Below are positions 1 through 10,667 of a DNA stretch of 64,000 bases, one piece after another. Both the position numbers and the translations under genes were made by a program. A model generated the notes under the pieces. That model worked only from the letters and a program-made list of their open reading frames with translations, had not been told where the DNA came from and ran no database searches. Each line of letters starts with the position of its first letter. The first letter of the stretch is position 1. Origin of the DNA: Hydrolagus colliei (Eukaryota); NCBI GenBank assembly GCA_035084275.1, contig CM068755.1, positions 10,230,001 through 10,294,000 on the forward strand, read 5' to 3'.

Positions 1-346
1 TATTTTTTGAAGATTTGTAGTAGTATTCTTGCTCTTTGTGTAATTAAATGCCTGCAAATAGTGTCACTTTATGAACAACCATTATGTTTGTACAGTATTA
101 GGGGTGAGATATCAGTTGTTGCTTCACCTGACATTTCTTAGTAATCCACATAAGCACAACTATTACAACTGGTAAACTGCTTCAGGATGCCTTGGACTAG
201 TGTTTCTGGCTGCCTTTCTAAAAGACAGGTAATCAAAATATTAGTAAGTTACAAGTTTATAGTTACCACAGGCACGGGGAGCATATTGATTTGCTGGTGG
301 GAAATTTATCAATTTAACTGTAACTGGATATGATGTATTGCCACAG

Positions 347-426
347 GAACGTCAGGAAGCGGAGCGAATGTTCAAAGGCAAAAGAGGTGCTCAGCTTGCA
401 AAGGATATTACCAAGAAAACAAAGAC
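347..426 (+). CDS. SNRPA1: U2 snRNP protein A' internal coding exon (upstream exons lie outside the window)
   Basis: ccacag|GAA acceptor and AC|gtaag donor; translates ERQEAERMFKGKRGAQLAKDITKKTK(T), matching the SNRPA1 C-terminal region; phase fits the next exon. Confidence 0.95.
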
Positions 427-778
427 GTAAGATACAGATACTAAACTTGGCTTGGCATTTTACCTCAGAAACACTGAAATTGGGCTCTTGTAAGGAGGTG
501 AGATTTAATTAGTGCAACACAGAAGAAACATGATTTTTATGGAAACGGTCAGTACTTCAAATTAAATTTATCACAGACTATTGAGTGCTGTGGTTCCACT
601 TAATAGTGTTTCTGAGGGAAGCTATTTCAAGTGTTGCTCCCTTTTTATGGGAGTATTGTGAAATGTATCAGTTTATGAAAAGATCAGATACTGCACTGAT
701 TTTAAACTGGCTTTAAAGGTTCTGAGTAAGCTGCTTATATGGAAGTTAAATCAGTCATTGTTTTCTTTTTGTTTCAAG

Positions 779-854
779 TTTCACACCAGGTGCAGGATTA
801 CCTGGCGATAAAAAGAAAACTGGTCCTTCCCCAGCAGAAGTGGAAGCCATTAAA
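779..854 (+). CDS. SNRPA1: U2 snRNP protein A' internal coding exon
   Basis: Polypyrimidine tract then aag|T acceptor, AAA|gtaaga donor; FTPGAGLPGDKKKTGPSPAEVEAIK. Confidence 0.95.
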
Positions 855-1217
855 GTAAGAGGAATAACTGCTGAATATAGTTAATAAAGTAGTGATCTTA
901 ATTTCCCACAGTGGACAGAGGTTGGCTTGGGGAGGAGAGGGAATTAATTTTAAGAAAAACGATTGGTTCACTTGGTCTTCCAGAATGGCTTTGTTTATCA
1001 ATGTTAGAGAAAGAGAAGTGCTGCTCCCAAGGGTATTGGGGAACTTTCAGATCGGAAGTAAGGGCAGGAAGCTAGAGTATTAATGGTTTGCTGATTGTCC
1101 TTGATGTTGAAATCAAGATGGGAGATTGGTTGCAAGAGACTGTTGATTAGTGCAGGGGGGGAAGCAATGAATGCAAATTTTTTTGATAACCTATAAATGT
1201 AATGTTTTTAATTACAG

Positions 1218-1311
1218 ACTGCTATTGCTAATGCTTCAACCCTGGCTGAGGTGGAAAGATTGAAGGGCATGCTGCAGGCTGGGCAGATCCCAGGCAGGGA
1301 AAAGAAAGCTG
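1218..1311 (+). CDS. SNRPA1: U2 snRNP protein A' penultimate coding exon
   Basis: tacag|ACT acceptor, G|gtgagt donor; TAIANASTLAEVERLKGMLQAGQIPGREKKA. Confidence 0.96.
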
Positions 1312-1350
1312 GTGAGTGCCCTGGGTTGTGAAATAACTCAGTTCAGCGGA

Positions 1351-1624
1351 ATAATGATAATCCTTGCATTTGATATAACACTTTTCACGTCTTCTAGACA
1401 TCTCAAAGAGCTTCACAGAATATACTGTAAAGTGAATTGACTGTTTATTATTGGCGAAAAGCAGCAGCCAATTGCGCACAGCAGTGTCCTGCAGTCATGA
1501 ATTGAAATGACCAATTATTGTATTTTTTGAGAGATTATTATTAGGTGGGTGAAGTAAGGAAACTTGCCCATGGTTTCACCCTGACCTGCCTGGAATTGAA
1601 TACAGATCTCTCTGGTCTATAAGG
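1351..1624 (-). mobile_element. tRNA-derived Deu-type SINE, 5'-truncated, in SNRPA1 last intron
   Basis: Reverse complement of the multicopy body (GCTGTGCGCAATTGGCTGC core; ATATCAAATGCAAGGATTA tail) seen at 8476, 15119, 29762 and elsewhere. Confidence 0.85.
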
Positions 1625-1978
1625 ATATAGCACCTTATGATATTGGGGGTAAACATCATGCTATTATCAGCATGATGTTATTATGCTGATAATAAAATAA
1701 CAAATGGTCAAATGGATGGATGTCTTGCAAAAATTCCAGTAATAGCTGTTAATCACAAAGACCCCAGTTGATTTAATGAACAATTCCAGACAATCTGACT
1801 TGTTTTAATGACTTGGCTCCCATGGTGTAAAGTCAATGAATCTACTAGTATAAATTTTCAGGCCAGTTTTTACAATTTAGAAAAAATATTTGTTTGAAAC
1901 TTGATTTGTTGGGCTCGCTGGAAAAACGTAACTATGAAATGATTTGGGAGAATAATCGTTTCCTTTGTGAATTTGCAG

Positions 1979-2040
1979 GAGCTTCAGATGAAGTTGAAGA
2001 GGAGGAAATGGAGGAAGAACCTGTTGCCAATGGCTCTTAA
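1979..2040 (+). CDS. SNRPA1: U2 snRNP protein A' last coding exon
   Basis: ttgcag|GA acceptor; (G)ASDEVEEEEMEEEPVANGS-TAA, the acidic tail ending in NGS typical of SNRPA1. Confidence 0.95.
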
Positions 2041-2454
2041 TGTCCACGTTTTGTATCTGAATTCAAATTCAGAAGTTCTTTGTTTCACCAGCTTCAATCA
2101 ACTAGAACTCAAAAGAAATTTTGTATGAAGTGATCATTCCCATACTTGAACTCATTGGTTGTTCTGTAAAACAGTGCTGCATTTGTGTTTTTGACAGAAT
2201 GCACTATCGACTGTTAATGTCTTACCTGACTGGTCAGTGATACTGACAATGCCTGCACCAGAAAATACTAAATGGAATATGTTTAGATTGTCTTCAGATT
2301 TACAGCAAGCAATTTTATGTTTTGCTTTCCAAGTAACCAAATCGACCACCTTCATGTATTTGGCATGCACTGACTTTTCTAAATATGACTGTTTGACAAT
2401 TCATTAAACCATTCTCATGTAATATGTGTCTTGTCATTTTTGTAAACTGCTTGC

Positions 2455-2460
2455 ATTAAA
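2455..2460 (+). terminator. Candidate SNRPA1 polyadenylation signal (ATTAAA; another at 2403-2408)
   Basis: Variant hexamer about 415 nt after the stop and just before repeat-derived sequence begins; cleavage site not verifiable here. Confidence 0.5.
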
Positions 2461-2906
2461 ATATTTCTGATTACAAAATGAGTTTAAATATTTTCAACAA
2501 GAACAAATTACGCTTGTATCGTGCATTGCACATCAGATAAACATCCCAGTACGCTAAACAGTTGAGGTTTTTTGGACCCAAGCTGGGGCTAGGAGGAAGA
2601 TGGGGAATGGGGATAATGATTTCAACTATATTAATTTAGATTGACCATTTCCTCCATGTTTACACTTGTTTCACTAGTATCTGTTGGAGAGTCATAAATA
2701 GCATTATCATGTGCACAATATATTCGAGGGAAATTATTTTGGTTATTTCCTATGAACACCTGTTATTTAATCAATTAAAGATAAATATTGATACTGTATA
2801 TAGCTTTGGTTTGAAAGCAATCTTCACTCTATTAAAGCTGTTATGGGCCTGGGAGGCTCAGGTGTTGCTGTATTGGCAAGACCTGACTTATTATTTGTAC
2901 TGAGAC

Positions 2907-3500
2907 ACAACAACAACTTTGATTTATACAGCACCCTCCACGCTGGACGAATATCGGATCCCCGGGACTGAGCCAGGGGCAGGGGTAGAAAGGTGACCAA
3001 CGGCGCGGTCTTCAGCTGGGACCTGAAACTGGCAACAGGAGATAGTTCGAGGAGAGAGATCAGACAGGTAGAGGGGTGCAGAGGAGTGGAGGGATTTGAA
3101 AACAAGCGTGAGGATCAAAGAGGTCGATCCTCTCGGGGATAGGGAGCCAGTGAAGTCTGGCAAGAACTGGGGTAATGGGGAAGCGAAGTTTGGTGCGGAT
3201 GAGTATGCGGGCGGCAAAGTTTTGGATGAAATGGATTTTATGGATTGTGGTGGAGGGAAGACCGGCGAGAAGGGCATTGGATTAGTCCAGCGGTGAGGTG
3301 ACGAAGGCGTGGACCAGGTTTCCAGAGGTTAGGGGCAGAGTGGCTGAAGACTCGCCTGCCAATGGTGGAACAGGTTGGTCTGGGGAAACGGAGCAGACCG
3401 GAGTGTGCGGAGAGGAGGGGGTGGGCAGGTTAAGTGGTCACAGAGGTAGGGTGAGGCTTTAAAGGTGAGGATCAGGATCTTGAATCGAAACAATGTGTTG
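2907..3500 (-). mobile_element. Two adjacent decayed L2-clade LINE 3' fragments (about 2907-3325 and 3326-3500)
   Basis: Minus-strand frames give L2 ORF2 C-terminal motifs (LVHAFVTSPLD*SNALLAGLP...QNFAARIL...ITPVLARLHWLPI; FKILILTFKA...PYL...RTLRS); (TTG)n tail at 2907-2917. Confidence 0.85.
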
Positions 3501-3599
3501 GGACATTCTCCCAACTTGAGAGGCGATCTCCACACACGTGATATTGGTGGTGGTGGTCGGTGTGTGTGTGTATGGGGGGGGGGGGGGGGGGGGAGTGGC

Positions 3600-3723
3600 T
3601 TGCAGGAGTGACTGCGCTTGCGCCGCTCTAGCCACGTCAGCTCGGCTGCCATTAACCGCCACTGAAACCGGAAACGACGTTTGTGTTTGTGGCGTCACGT
3701 GGTGGGGGGGTTTAGAGAGAGAC
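3600..3723 (+). promoter_or_regulatory. SELENOS CpG-rich proximal promoter / 5'UTR
   Basis: CpG-dense stretch before the ATG, with NRF1-like TGCGCTTGCGC (3613-3623), GCCACGTCA (3631-3639), ETS-like ACCGGAAA (3667-3674) and TCACGTGG (3695-3702). Confidence 0.7.
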
Positions 3724-3811
3724 ATGGAGGCCAACCCTGGACCAGAGAATTCGGACCCGCTGGGCGCCCCAACCCCCATCCCCAGCTCCCTCTTACACCT
3801 GTACACACAAG
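3724..3811 (+). CDS. SELENOS: Selenoprotein S exon 1
   Basis: gacATGG start context; MEANPGPENSDPLGAPTPIPSSLLHLYTQ, G|gtacag donor, phase 1 matching exon 2. Confidence 0.8.
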
Positions 3812-4068
3812 GTACAGCTCAGGGAGAGAGGGGAGGGGTGGGGGGGAGGAAGGGAGGAGACAGGGACGGGGTAGGGCAAGCGAGGGGGGGTTAGGCAGGG
3901 GGGGTGGACAGTGATGAGGGAGAGAGGAAGGCCTGGGTTTGGGGGAGGGAGCTTGGACAGTGATGGAGGGTCCCTGGGTGGTTGGGGGCAGTGATGATTT
4001 GGGGTGTGGGGAGATGGTGGGGGGTGGGGGGTGATGAGTGAGATGGCTGTGATGAGGGACAGGGAGTA

Positions 4069-4169
4069 GGGAGATGACAGTGATCAGGGAGTTAGGGAGA
4101 TGACAATGATGAGGAAGTAGGGAGACGACGGTGATAAGGAAGTAGGGAGTTGACAGTGATGAGGAAGTG
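4069..4169 (+). repeat. About 25-bp minisatellite, 4 copies (GGGAGATGACAGTGATGAGGAAGTA), within G-rich SELENOS intron 1
   Basis: Units start at 4069, 4095, 4120, 4145; degenerate copies extend back to about 3906. Confidence 0.8.
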
Positions 4170-4511
4170 AGGGTTGGGAGTTGAGGGAATTCTGCAGTGA
4201 AAACAAGATACATTTATATAGAGATTGTCACTTACAATAATGTTCTTGAAGCAGTTCACAGAGACGCAAACATGAAGGGTGAGAGTAGAGGTAAGAGGGA
4301 GGTGACCACAGGCTTAATTGAACAGGTCAGTTTTTCATACAAAAGGGGACTAAATGGAGCAGGTGGGTTTTAGGTCAAACAGCAATAGATGGTCAGTCTA
4401 GCGAATAAGGGAGACAAGCAGACTGAGTTTTTAAAAAAAAAATGTATATATATATCTATACAGTATATTCATTGATCTGGAAAGTTTCATTTTTATCGCT
4501 TTTCTTTCCAG

Positions 4512-4637
4512 GGACATTGATTATTTCCAATTATGGATGGTACATCTTCTTTGGCTGCATTGTCATTTACGTTCTGCTTCAAAAACTGAGGGACGTGATG
4601 CAGTCTAGGAGACCACCTCAAACACATACTAATCTTG
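4512..4637 (+). CDS. SELENOS: Selenoprotein S exon 2 (transmembrane helix)
   Basis: tttccag|GG acceptor, G|gtactg donor; TLIISNYGWYIFFGCIVIYVLLQKL contains the YGWY motif and TM segment of SelS. Confidence 0.93.
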
Positions 4638-5063
4638 GTACTGTAAAATCTTATAGGGTCATTTTAAATAACAATAATAACATTTGATGTACAACTTAAT
4701 CACATATTTGAGACATCTCAAAGTATTTCTCAGCAAATAGTGTAAAATAATTGACTGTAAACTTTGTGGACGAAACAGCAGTCTGAATGAAGTATTGTCT
4801 CGTAATCTTGGTAATTCTTTGTTTCAATTAAAGTTTCTTGATGTGTGAGTGCTGATGTCAACATGATTATTAAGAACGGTTTCTTAATGTTTATTATTAA
4901 AATAGTATAGCTTTATTTTTCAATAAAGGTCATAGAATATTTTCTTCAAATAATCAATTCAGTTCCACAAAGTGATTACATTTTAAGAAAGTGACATTAC
5001 AAAGTGAAGATGTTTCAACCACTAGTTTTTGTTTTGTAACCTATTTTTCTGTTTATAAACTAG

Positions 5064-5170
5064 AACCACTTTTAATTGTAAAACAACAAGAAGCGATGGA
5101 AGCTGCTCGGCGCAAAATGCAGGCAGAGCTGGATATGCAAGCAGTGAAATACAAAGAAAAACAAAATCTA
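5064..5170 (+). CDS. SELENOS: Selenoprotein S exon 3 (p97/VCP-interacting helix)
   Basis: ctag|AA acceptor, CTA|gtgagt donor; EPLLIVKQQEAMEAARRKMQAELDMQAVKYKEKQNL. Confidence 0.95.
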
Positions 5171-5203
5171 GTGAGTGCCTAATGAATAAACACAGGATAC
5201 TGA

Positions 5204-5239
5204 TGTCAAGTTACAACCTTCTGTCAAGTTACAACCTTC
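5204..5239 (+). repeat. Perfect 18-bp tandem duplication (TGTCAAGTTACAACCTTC x2)
   Basis: Read directly in SELENOS intron 3. Confidence 0.9.
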
Positions 5240-5344
5240 TAGCAAGTTTGTGAGATGCTAATTTGGTTTAACATCGTACAGGGCCTGATTACTTTGGATT
5301 TAATTCTTTAAATTTCAAGCAACACTATTGTTATCTTTACACAG

Positions 5345-5434
5345 CTCGAAGAAGAGAAGAGAAGACAGAAAATAGAAGCGTGGGAAAGCATGCAGGAAGG
5401 AAAAAGTTACAGAGCAAATACAAAAATCAACCAT
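5345..5434 (+). CDS. SELENOS: Selenoprotein S exon 4
   Basis: acag|CTC acceptor, CAT|gtaatt donor; [30 protein letters not shown]. Confidence 0.95.
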
Positions 5435-5546
5435 GTAATTCGCTTTTAGCTATCTTGACAGATTTTTTTCTATCTTGTAGTGTAGTTTCTATCTTGCAAT
5501 GTTGAAGCTTTAAAGATTTATATTTACCAGTTACATTTCTCTCCAG

Positions 5547-5613
5547 CAGCAAGAACCAGAACAGTTTAGTTCAGCTAAGAATACAAAGTCTGACAAGAAA
5601 TCCCTGGCAACCG
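5547..5613 (+). CDS. SELENOS: Selenoprotein S exon 5
   Basis: ctccag|CAG acceptor (NAGNAG), G|gtaagt donor; QQEPEQFSSAKNTKSDKKSLAT; phases 0/1 fit the flanking exons. Confidence 0.88.
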
Positions 5614-6535
5614 GTAAGTACAGAATTATTTCTCTCGTTATTATCCTTGACTAAGGATAATAAAAGGCATACACTTTATTTGTTTGTTCAATCATTACAT
5701 TTATTTTATAGTCAGCATTTCGCCCACAAAACATACATTAAATTCACTTTACAGTGAATTCTGTGAAGTGCTTTGAGACGTCTCAAAGACATAGCTATAT
5801 CAAATGCAAGGATTATTATTATGATCTTCATTCACTATATTGAAAAGATGGTGGACCTTCACAAAGTCACCACCGAAGCTGCTCAGAAATGGTCTGCCGC
5901 TACAGAAGCTGGACTGATCGATGTGCATTGAGATGCTAACTTGCTGTAGCTGAATTAAAATTTGATAACAAGTTGCCTGGGCATAGCAAGATATCACATA
6001 GAGGATTTAATTGTATATAAAAAGGTATAAGAAGGACTCTTACTGATTCTGTTTCATATGAGCAAGAGTCTTGATGGGTTGCAATTCTCTCATAAAGCAG
6101 GTAATACAACACACTTACAGGATAAAAGTCATAAAACAGTACTGTGTCATATTTTGATGAATTTTAAAAAAGCACTGTGGAGTTTATCAATCTTTTGCTA
6201 GGAATTATTTATTTAAAATTTTGCAACACAAAACAAGTTAGAATGCCTTGTATAGTTTTGGAAATCTGCTTTTTGCTGTACTGCATTTTCCATCACTGAG
6301 GTATTCTTGGTGTACCAGTTATCATTTTTTGTGAATTGTAGCCAAATATTGTACCATCATCAAAATTGTACATCCTGTTGCCCTCCTAGCTTAGACTGGG
6401 GTTGGTGAGTTTACCAGCCCTCAAGAGTGCATTTCATGAATCAAGTGTGTGAAAATGTGTTCTTTTACACAAGGTAGACTGCAATGTAGAAGTTTAAAAG
6501 TGATGTTTCAGATCTTAAAATTCTTGCATTTCTAG

Positions 6536-6621
6536 GTTTTAATGCTCTCACGGGAGATGGTGGTGGGTCATGCACTTGGAGACCAAATCGCAGAGGACCA
6601 TCTTCTGGTGGATGAGGTTAA
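6536..6621 (+). CDS. SELENOS: Selenoprotein S exon 6 with in-frame UGA selenocysteine (6613-6615) and TAA stop (6619-6621)
   Basis: tctag|GT acceptor; [28 protein letters not shown]-stop, the canonical SelS C-terminus; SECIS downstream. Confidence 0.96.
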
Positions 6622-6880
6622 AGTATAGTCGGTGCTGATCCTGCAGTTCGACAGGAAATCCTGAATGCACTATCTTGAAACCAAAGCTCGTCAAGTTCAA
6701 AAATTTCAGTCTTTTGTTTTAACTTGCGTGGCAAATCGCAAAATTACTTTTAAAAGTTGCTTTTAACCAAATGTAGAAGTTGCCTTCTTTTTAACTCCCC
6801 TTCCAAACCCCCACCTCCATTGAAGTAACTACTTTTAGAATTTCAAACTTTATTGAACTGAAGCAAGGTGAAATTGACAG

Positions 6881-6950
6881 CTATGAATGACGCCATCCTT
6901 GTAAATGGTTCCCCAACCAACGAGGATGCCTGAAATTGGACATGGATAGT
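6881..6950 (+). promoter_or_regulatory. Type II SECIS element in SELENOS 3'UTR
   Basis: ATGAC (6887-6891) and TGAA (6931-6934) core; helix II GCCATCCTTGT/ACGAGGATGCC (one C-C mismatch, one G-U); AAA bulge 6903-6905; apical TGGTT-CCCC-AACCA mini-helix; lower helix CTATG/CATGG. Confidence 0.93.
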
Positions 6951-7064
6951 GCAAGATGTATTTTTTCTACTAAGGGAACATAAATGTGCGTGGTGTATAT
7001 CAAAATGAGTAGTTGTGGTTTAACTGATAACTAAAAGCATCAAACCTGTTTGTTTGCATTATGT

Positions 7065-7070
7065 ATTAAA
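7065..7070 (+). terminator. Candidate SELENOS polyadenylation signal (ATTAAA)
   Basis: Downstream of the SECIS and followed by a U-rich tract at about 7096-7113. Confidence 0.55.
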
Positions 7071-7827
7071 AATCCTCAATGTAAAATTCCAGTTCTATTG
7101 ATTTTTCTTTTTTATAGATATTCATCATAAATATTTCAAGTAAACTAAAGGAATTAATTTCAAATGCAAAATTATCAGTTAACTATAATTCTGTGATTTA
7201 GTTAGGTATACACTAATAGCCCTGGATGTCCTGGTGTCCAATTCTTCTAAAATGTTATGGTCTATATAGTTTGCCTGTGGGTAACATTGAAATGAAAACA
7301 AGCTGATTTACGATTTGTCACAAATGTCACTTGAGGTGATGAGATTTCCCCATTAGCCACAAGAGGGCACATGAGTACTCTTATCGTTCAGCTCTGAAAG
7401 CATTTTAATGGATGATTGCATTTGTAAATACTGCAAACAGAAAACTCTCCGTTATTCAACCATGATTTCCTTCCCTCCGTTCACAATATGCCTCTTACCA
7501 GCCCCGAAGAACAGAAATCATTGCGTCCCATGGGGTATTTCTTTGGACGTAATGGGAATTTTCTGAATTGAAAATTTTCCATCCAATTTATATGGATCAC
7601 TGCCACTTTCACGCCATTGACAACTTTATATATTTTATATATTTTTATATCAAATGCAATTAGTATTATTATTATCCCTCAAATCCAACTCATCCTCTCT
7701 TCCTGCTTTCAAAACTACTGAAATCCATCCCATGTCACTGTCTGACTTCAAAAGTATGGGTAGCAACCAACCATGCTTTTGCTGATCCTTCTGTAGCCTG
7801 TCATTCCATCTTCATCGGTGTATCTAG

Positions 7828-8180
7828 GTGTCAGCTTGCCTCAATTGCTAGCACTCTCTGAGTGAGAGATTGTGGATTCACGCCCCACTCAAGGATTTGA
7901 GTTCACAATGCAGGCTGACACTCCAGCAATTCAGTACATGGTCGGAGATGTCAATGAGATGTTAAACCAAGGCCCCATCGACCTATTTAGGTGGACATTA
8001 ATTGTACTATTCTAAAAGAAAAGGGAGTTTCTCTTAGTCTAGACAGCTACAGATTTTAATTTTTTTCAGCCACAAAATACTCATCAATTCACTTTACAGT
8101 ATATCCTGTGAAGCGCTTTGAGATGTTTTAACGCTCTGATAAGGTGGTCTTATCAAATAAAAAAATTGTTATTTATTATC
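7828..8180 (+). mobile_element. Older SacSINE1-like Deu-SINE relic
   Basis: GTGTCAGC...CTCA...TAGCACTCT head, AGGCTGACACTCCAG and GAGATGTTAAACCAAGGCCCC...AGGTGGAC blocks recur at 40155, 40948 and 42560; family name from recall. Confidence 0.7.
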
Positions 8181-8475
8181 TGGCGAACAATCCAACCAAT
8201 AAGATTAGTTAGTTCACGGATTGGTTTACCTACAAAATACTCAGTCTTTTACACTTACTAATACTACACTTGGCAGTAAATCTTGTGAAGTGCTTTGAGA
8301 CTTCCTACTGACGTAAGGCGCTTCATCAAACGCAATGATCATCAAGCACTGGTGCTATAGAAATGCATGCTGATGCATATTAGTGCACATCACAACTTTT
8401 TTTTAATACAGGGTGTCAAAAGGGTTCACGCTGTCCCAACAACAGAATGTTCAATGGTAAACAATGCTAAATCTT

Positions 8476-8777
8476 GGGAGTCCTGTAGCTCAGTAGTTAG
8501 AGCACTTGCCTTACAAGCAAGAGACCTGGGTTCAATTCCAGACAGGGCGAAACCTTGGGCAAGTATCCTTAATCCACCTAATAATAATTGCTCAAAAAAC
8601 CCCAATAATAATTTGGTCATTTCAATCCACGATTGGTTGTGGGCCACTGCTGTGTGCATTTGGCTGCCATGATTCGCCCACTTATATACAGTCAATTCAC
8701 TTTACAGCATATTCTGTAAAGCGCTTCGAGATGCATCAGTGACATCAAAAGTGCTATATCAAATGCAGGGATTATTA
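8476..8777 (+). mobile_element. Full-length tRNA-derived Deu-type SINE
   Basis: A box TAGCTCAGTAG, B box GGTTCAATTCC, shared core and L2-like tail ending (TTA)n. Confidence 0.9.
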
Positions 8778-9572
8778 AACACCAAGGGAATAATTTTATT
8801 CTTAGTGTCGCTGTGTTGGATACTTGTTACTTAGAAAAAGAACCTTGAGGATTAGGAGATATTGTACCCTATTTACACTGGTACTACTATTTGGAGTGAA
8901 GTGATCATGTCATTTTGAGTTTGAAGGATGAATTGAAAGCAGAATTCAGACTTTGGAAGCATTTACAGATACCCTGGTGATTTTACAGTGACGTCAAAGT
9001 GACTGACTGTGCACTTTATCCAAACTACTGCAGAGACTATGTTTTAGATAAACAAGAGTTCAAGTGACTGGAATCTAAAGCAAAGTTGAGCTGGGAATAT
9101 AAACATGATTCGTAAAATTAAGCAGTTCAGATTACTGGGAGTCAGATAAACAGAAGTGTACTGTATTCTGTAGTAAAATGCTCCATGTGTTTGGAGTTAT
9201 TAAGGCATTTTCTTGATGTCTCTTGATTCATTGCCTGTAAGACTACTATCTGGCTGTGGGACTGGATTTTTAGTGAGTTTATAACGCATTGCAGGATGAT
9301 GCAAATATTTACGTTGTTGCAATGAACCAACTTAAAAATGGCCTTGTAACTTTCTAATTTAATATAATTGTTTATATGATCCAGAAGTCAATGAAGGGGA
9401 AAAGAGAAGGAAAAACACAAACTGTGATGAGTTGTTTCAAAGTTTATCTAACTTGCACAGACTACAGAACACTTATACTTGGTATAATCTGATGTCATTC
9501 AGATTAGATTATACGTACAGCTATGTTAATATGGAATTTTGATGTGATGATACATTTGAGCAATACAATAAG

Positions 9573-9907
9573 AATAATCCTTGCATTTGATATACTGTAG
9601 TGTTTTTCAAATCTTCTAAACATCTCAAAGCGCTTCAGAGTATGCTGTAAGTGAATTGACTGTACATTTGTGGGCAAATAGCGGGAGCCAATCCCGCAGA
9701 GCAGTGTTCCCACGGACAGTCGTGGATTGAAATGACCAATTTATTATTGTTTTCTTTTGAGGGATTATTATCAGGTGTGTGGAGTAAGGAATCTTAGCCA
9801 AGGTTTTGTCCTGTCTGGAACTGAACCCATGATTCATACAATGGAGCATCAATTCAGATCTCTCGCTTGCAAGGCAAGTGCTCTAACCACTGAGTTACAG
9901 GACTCCA
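9573..9907 (-). mobile_element. Full-length SINE, same family, with about 27-nt insertion in the tRNA head
   Basis: Reverse complement of the 8476 copy; extra ATGATTCATACAATGGAGCATCAATTC at about 9829-9855. Confidence 0.9.
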
Positions 9908-10118
9908 TGACTTTTAAATCCCTATGGAGAGGAATCTAACTTTAACGGGATTTCAGGAGTCATAAGTATCTCTTCTAGGTTTTATCTTTTATAATGATTT
10001 CCAATTAAGTCATAAAAGATTACGCAAGAATAAATCAGTAATTGAAAAAGCAATCACAGAATCTAATTGTGTTTTAATAAACTGATCCTCATCTCTTATT
10101 GTATTGCTTAGTACAGTA

Positions 10119-10440
10119 GACCTCCATGGCCTTGCTCCACCTCTGTGACCTTCTAACTCCATACTGACCTGTCCAATGCCTCAGTTCAGCATGCTCTGGC
10201 CTGCTCCACAGTCCCTGCCCAACCCACCTTTGGAACTGCATCCCACAGTCCCTTTGCCTTGTCCTCTCCCTTACCTCCTTCAAGACCCTCCTCTCCAACT
10301 GCACCTTCAACTACCCACCTACCCCTGACCTCTACTCACTCCTGATTCTAAACCCCAGCTCATGTGCAAATCTTTGACTACTGTTCAGCCTTGGCGCATC
10401 CTCTCTGTAAAAGGCTCTATACAGATGTAATCTTGCTGTA
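10119..10440 (+). mobile_element. L2 LINE 3' end relic
   Basis: CCTCCATGGCCTTGCTCCACCTCTGTGACC... and CCTCCTTCAAGACCCTC blocks are homologous to 56505-56872. Confidence 0.75.
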
Positions 10441-10667
10441 TTTTGATTTTATATCTTAGAAATATAGGATACCTGCTTTAAATATGAGGACAATTATTTG
10501 AGAACCACCAGTAAATCACAGAATAGGGACAATTCAAGCTGACATTCACATGAGCAAAACACCATTGCAGATCTCCTCTAACAATATTGCATAAATAATG
10601 TTGCATAAAAATAGCTATTCCCCCCCCCCCCCCCCCCCCTCCCCCGCAGAATGAGCAATTTTGGTGA

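Noticed and set aside
3538-3894. 118-aa ORF extending SELENOS upstream and downstream
   Set aside because: Starts at a GTG in low-complexity promoter DNA and runs into intron 1; only 3724-3811 fits the spliced gene.
3906-4169. Repeated GTGATGA resembling snoRNA box C in SELENOS intron 1
   Set aside because: Part of a minisatellite unit; no suitably placed box D (CTGA) or terminal stem.
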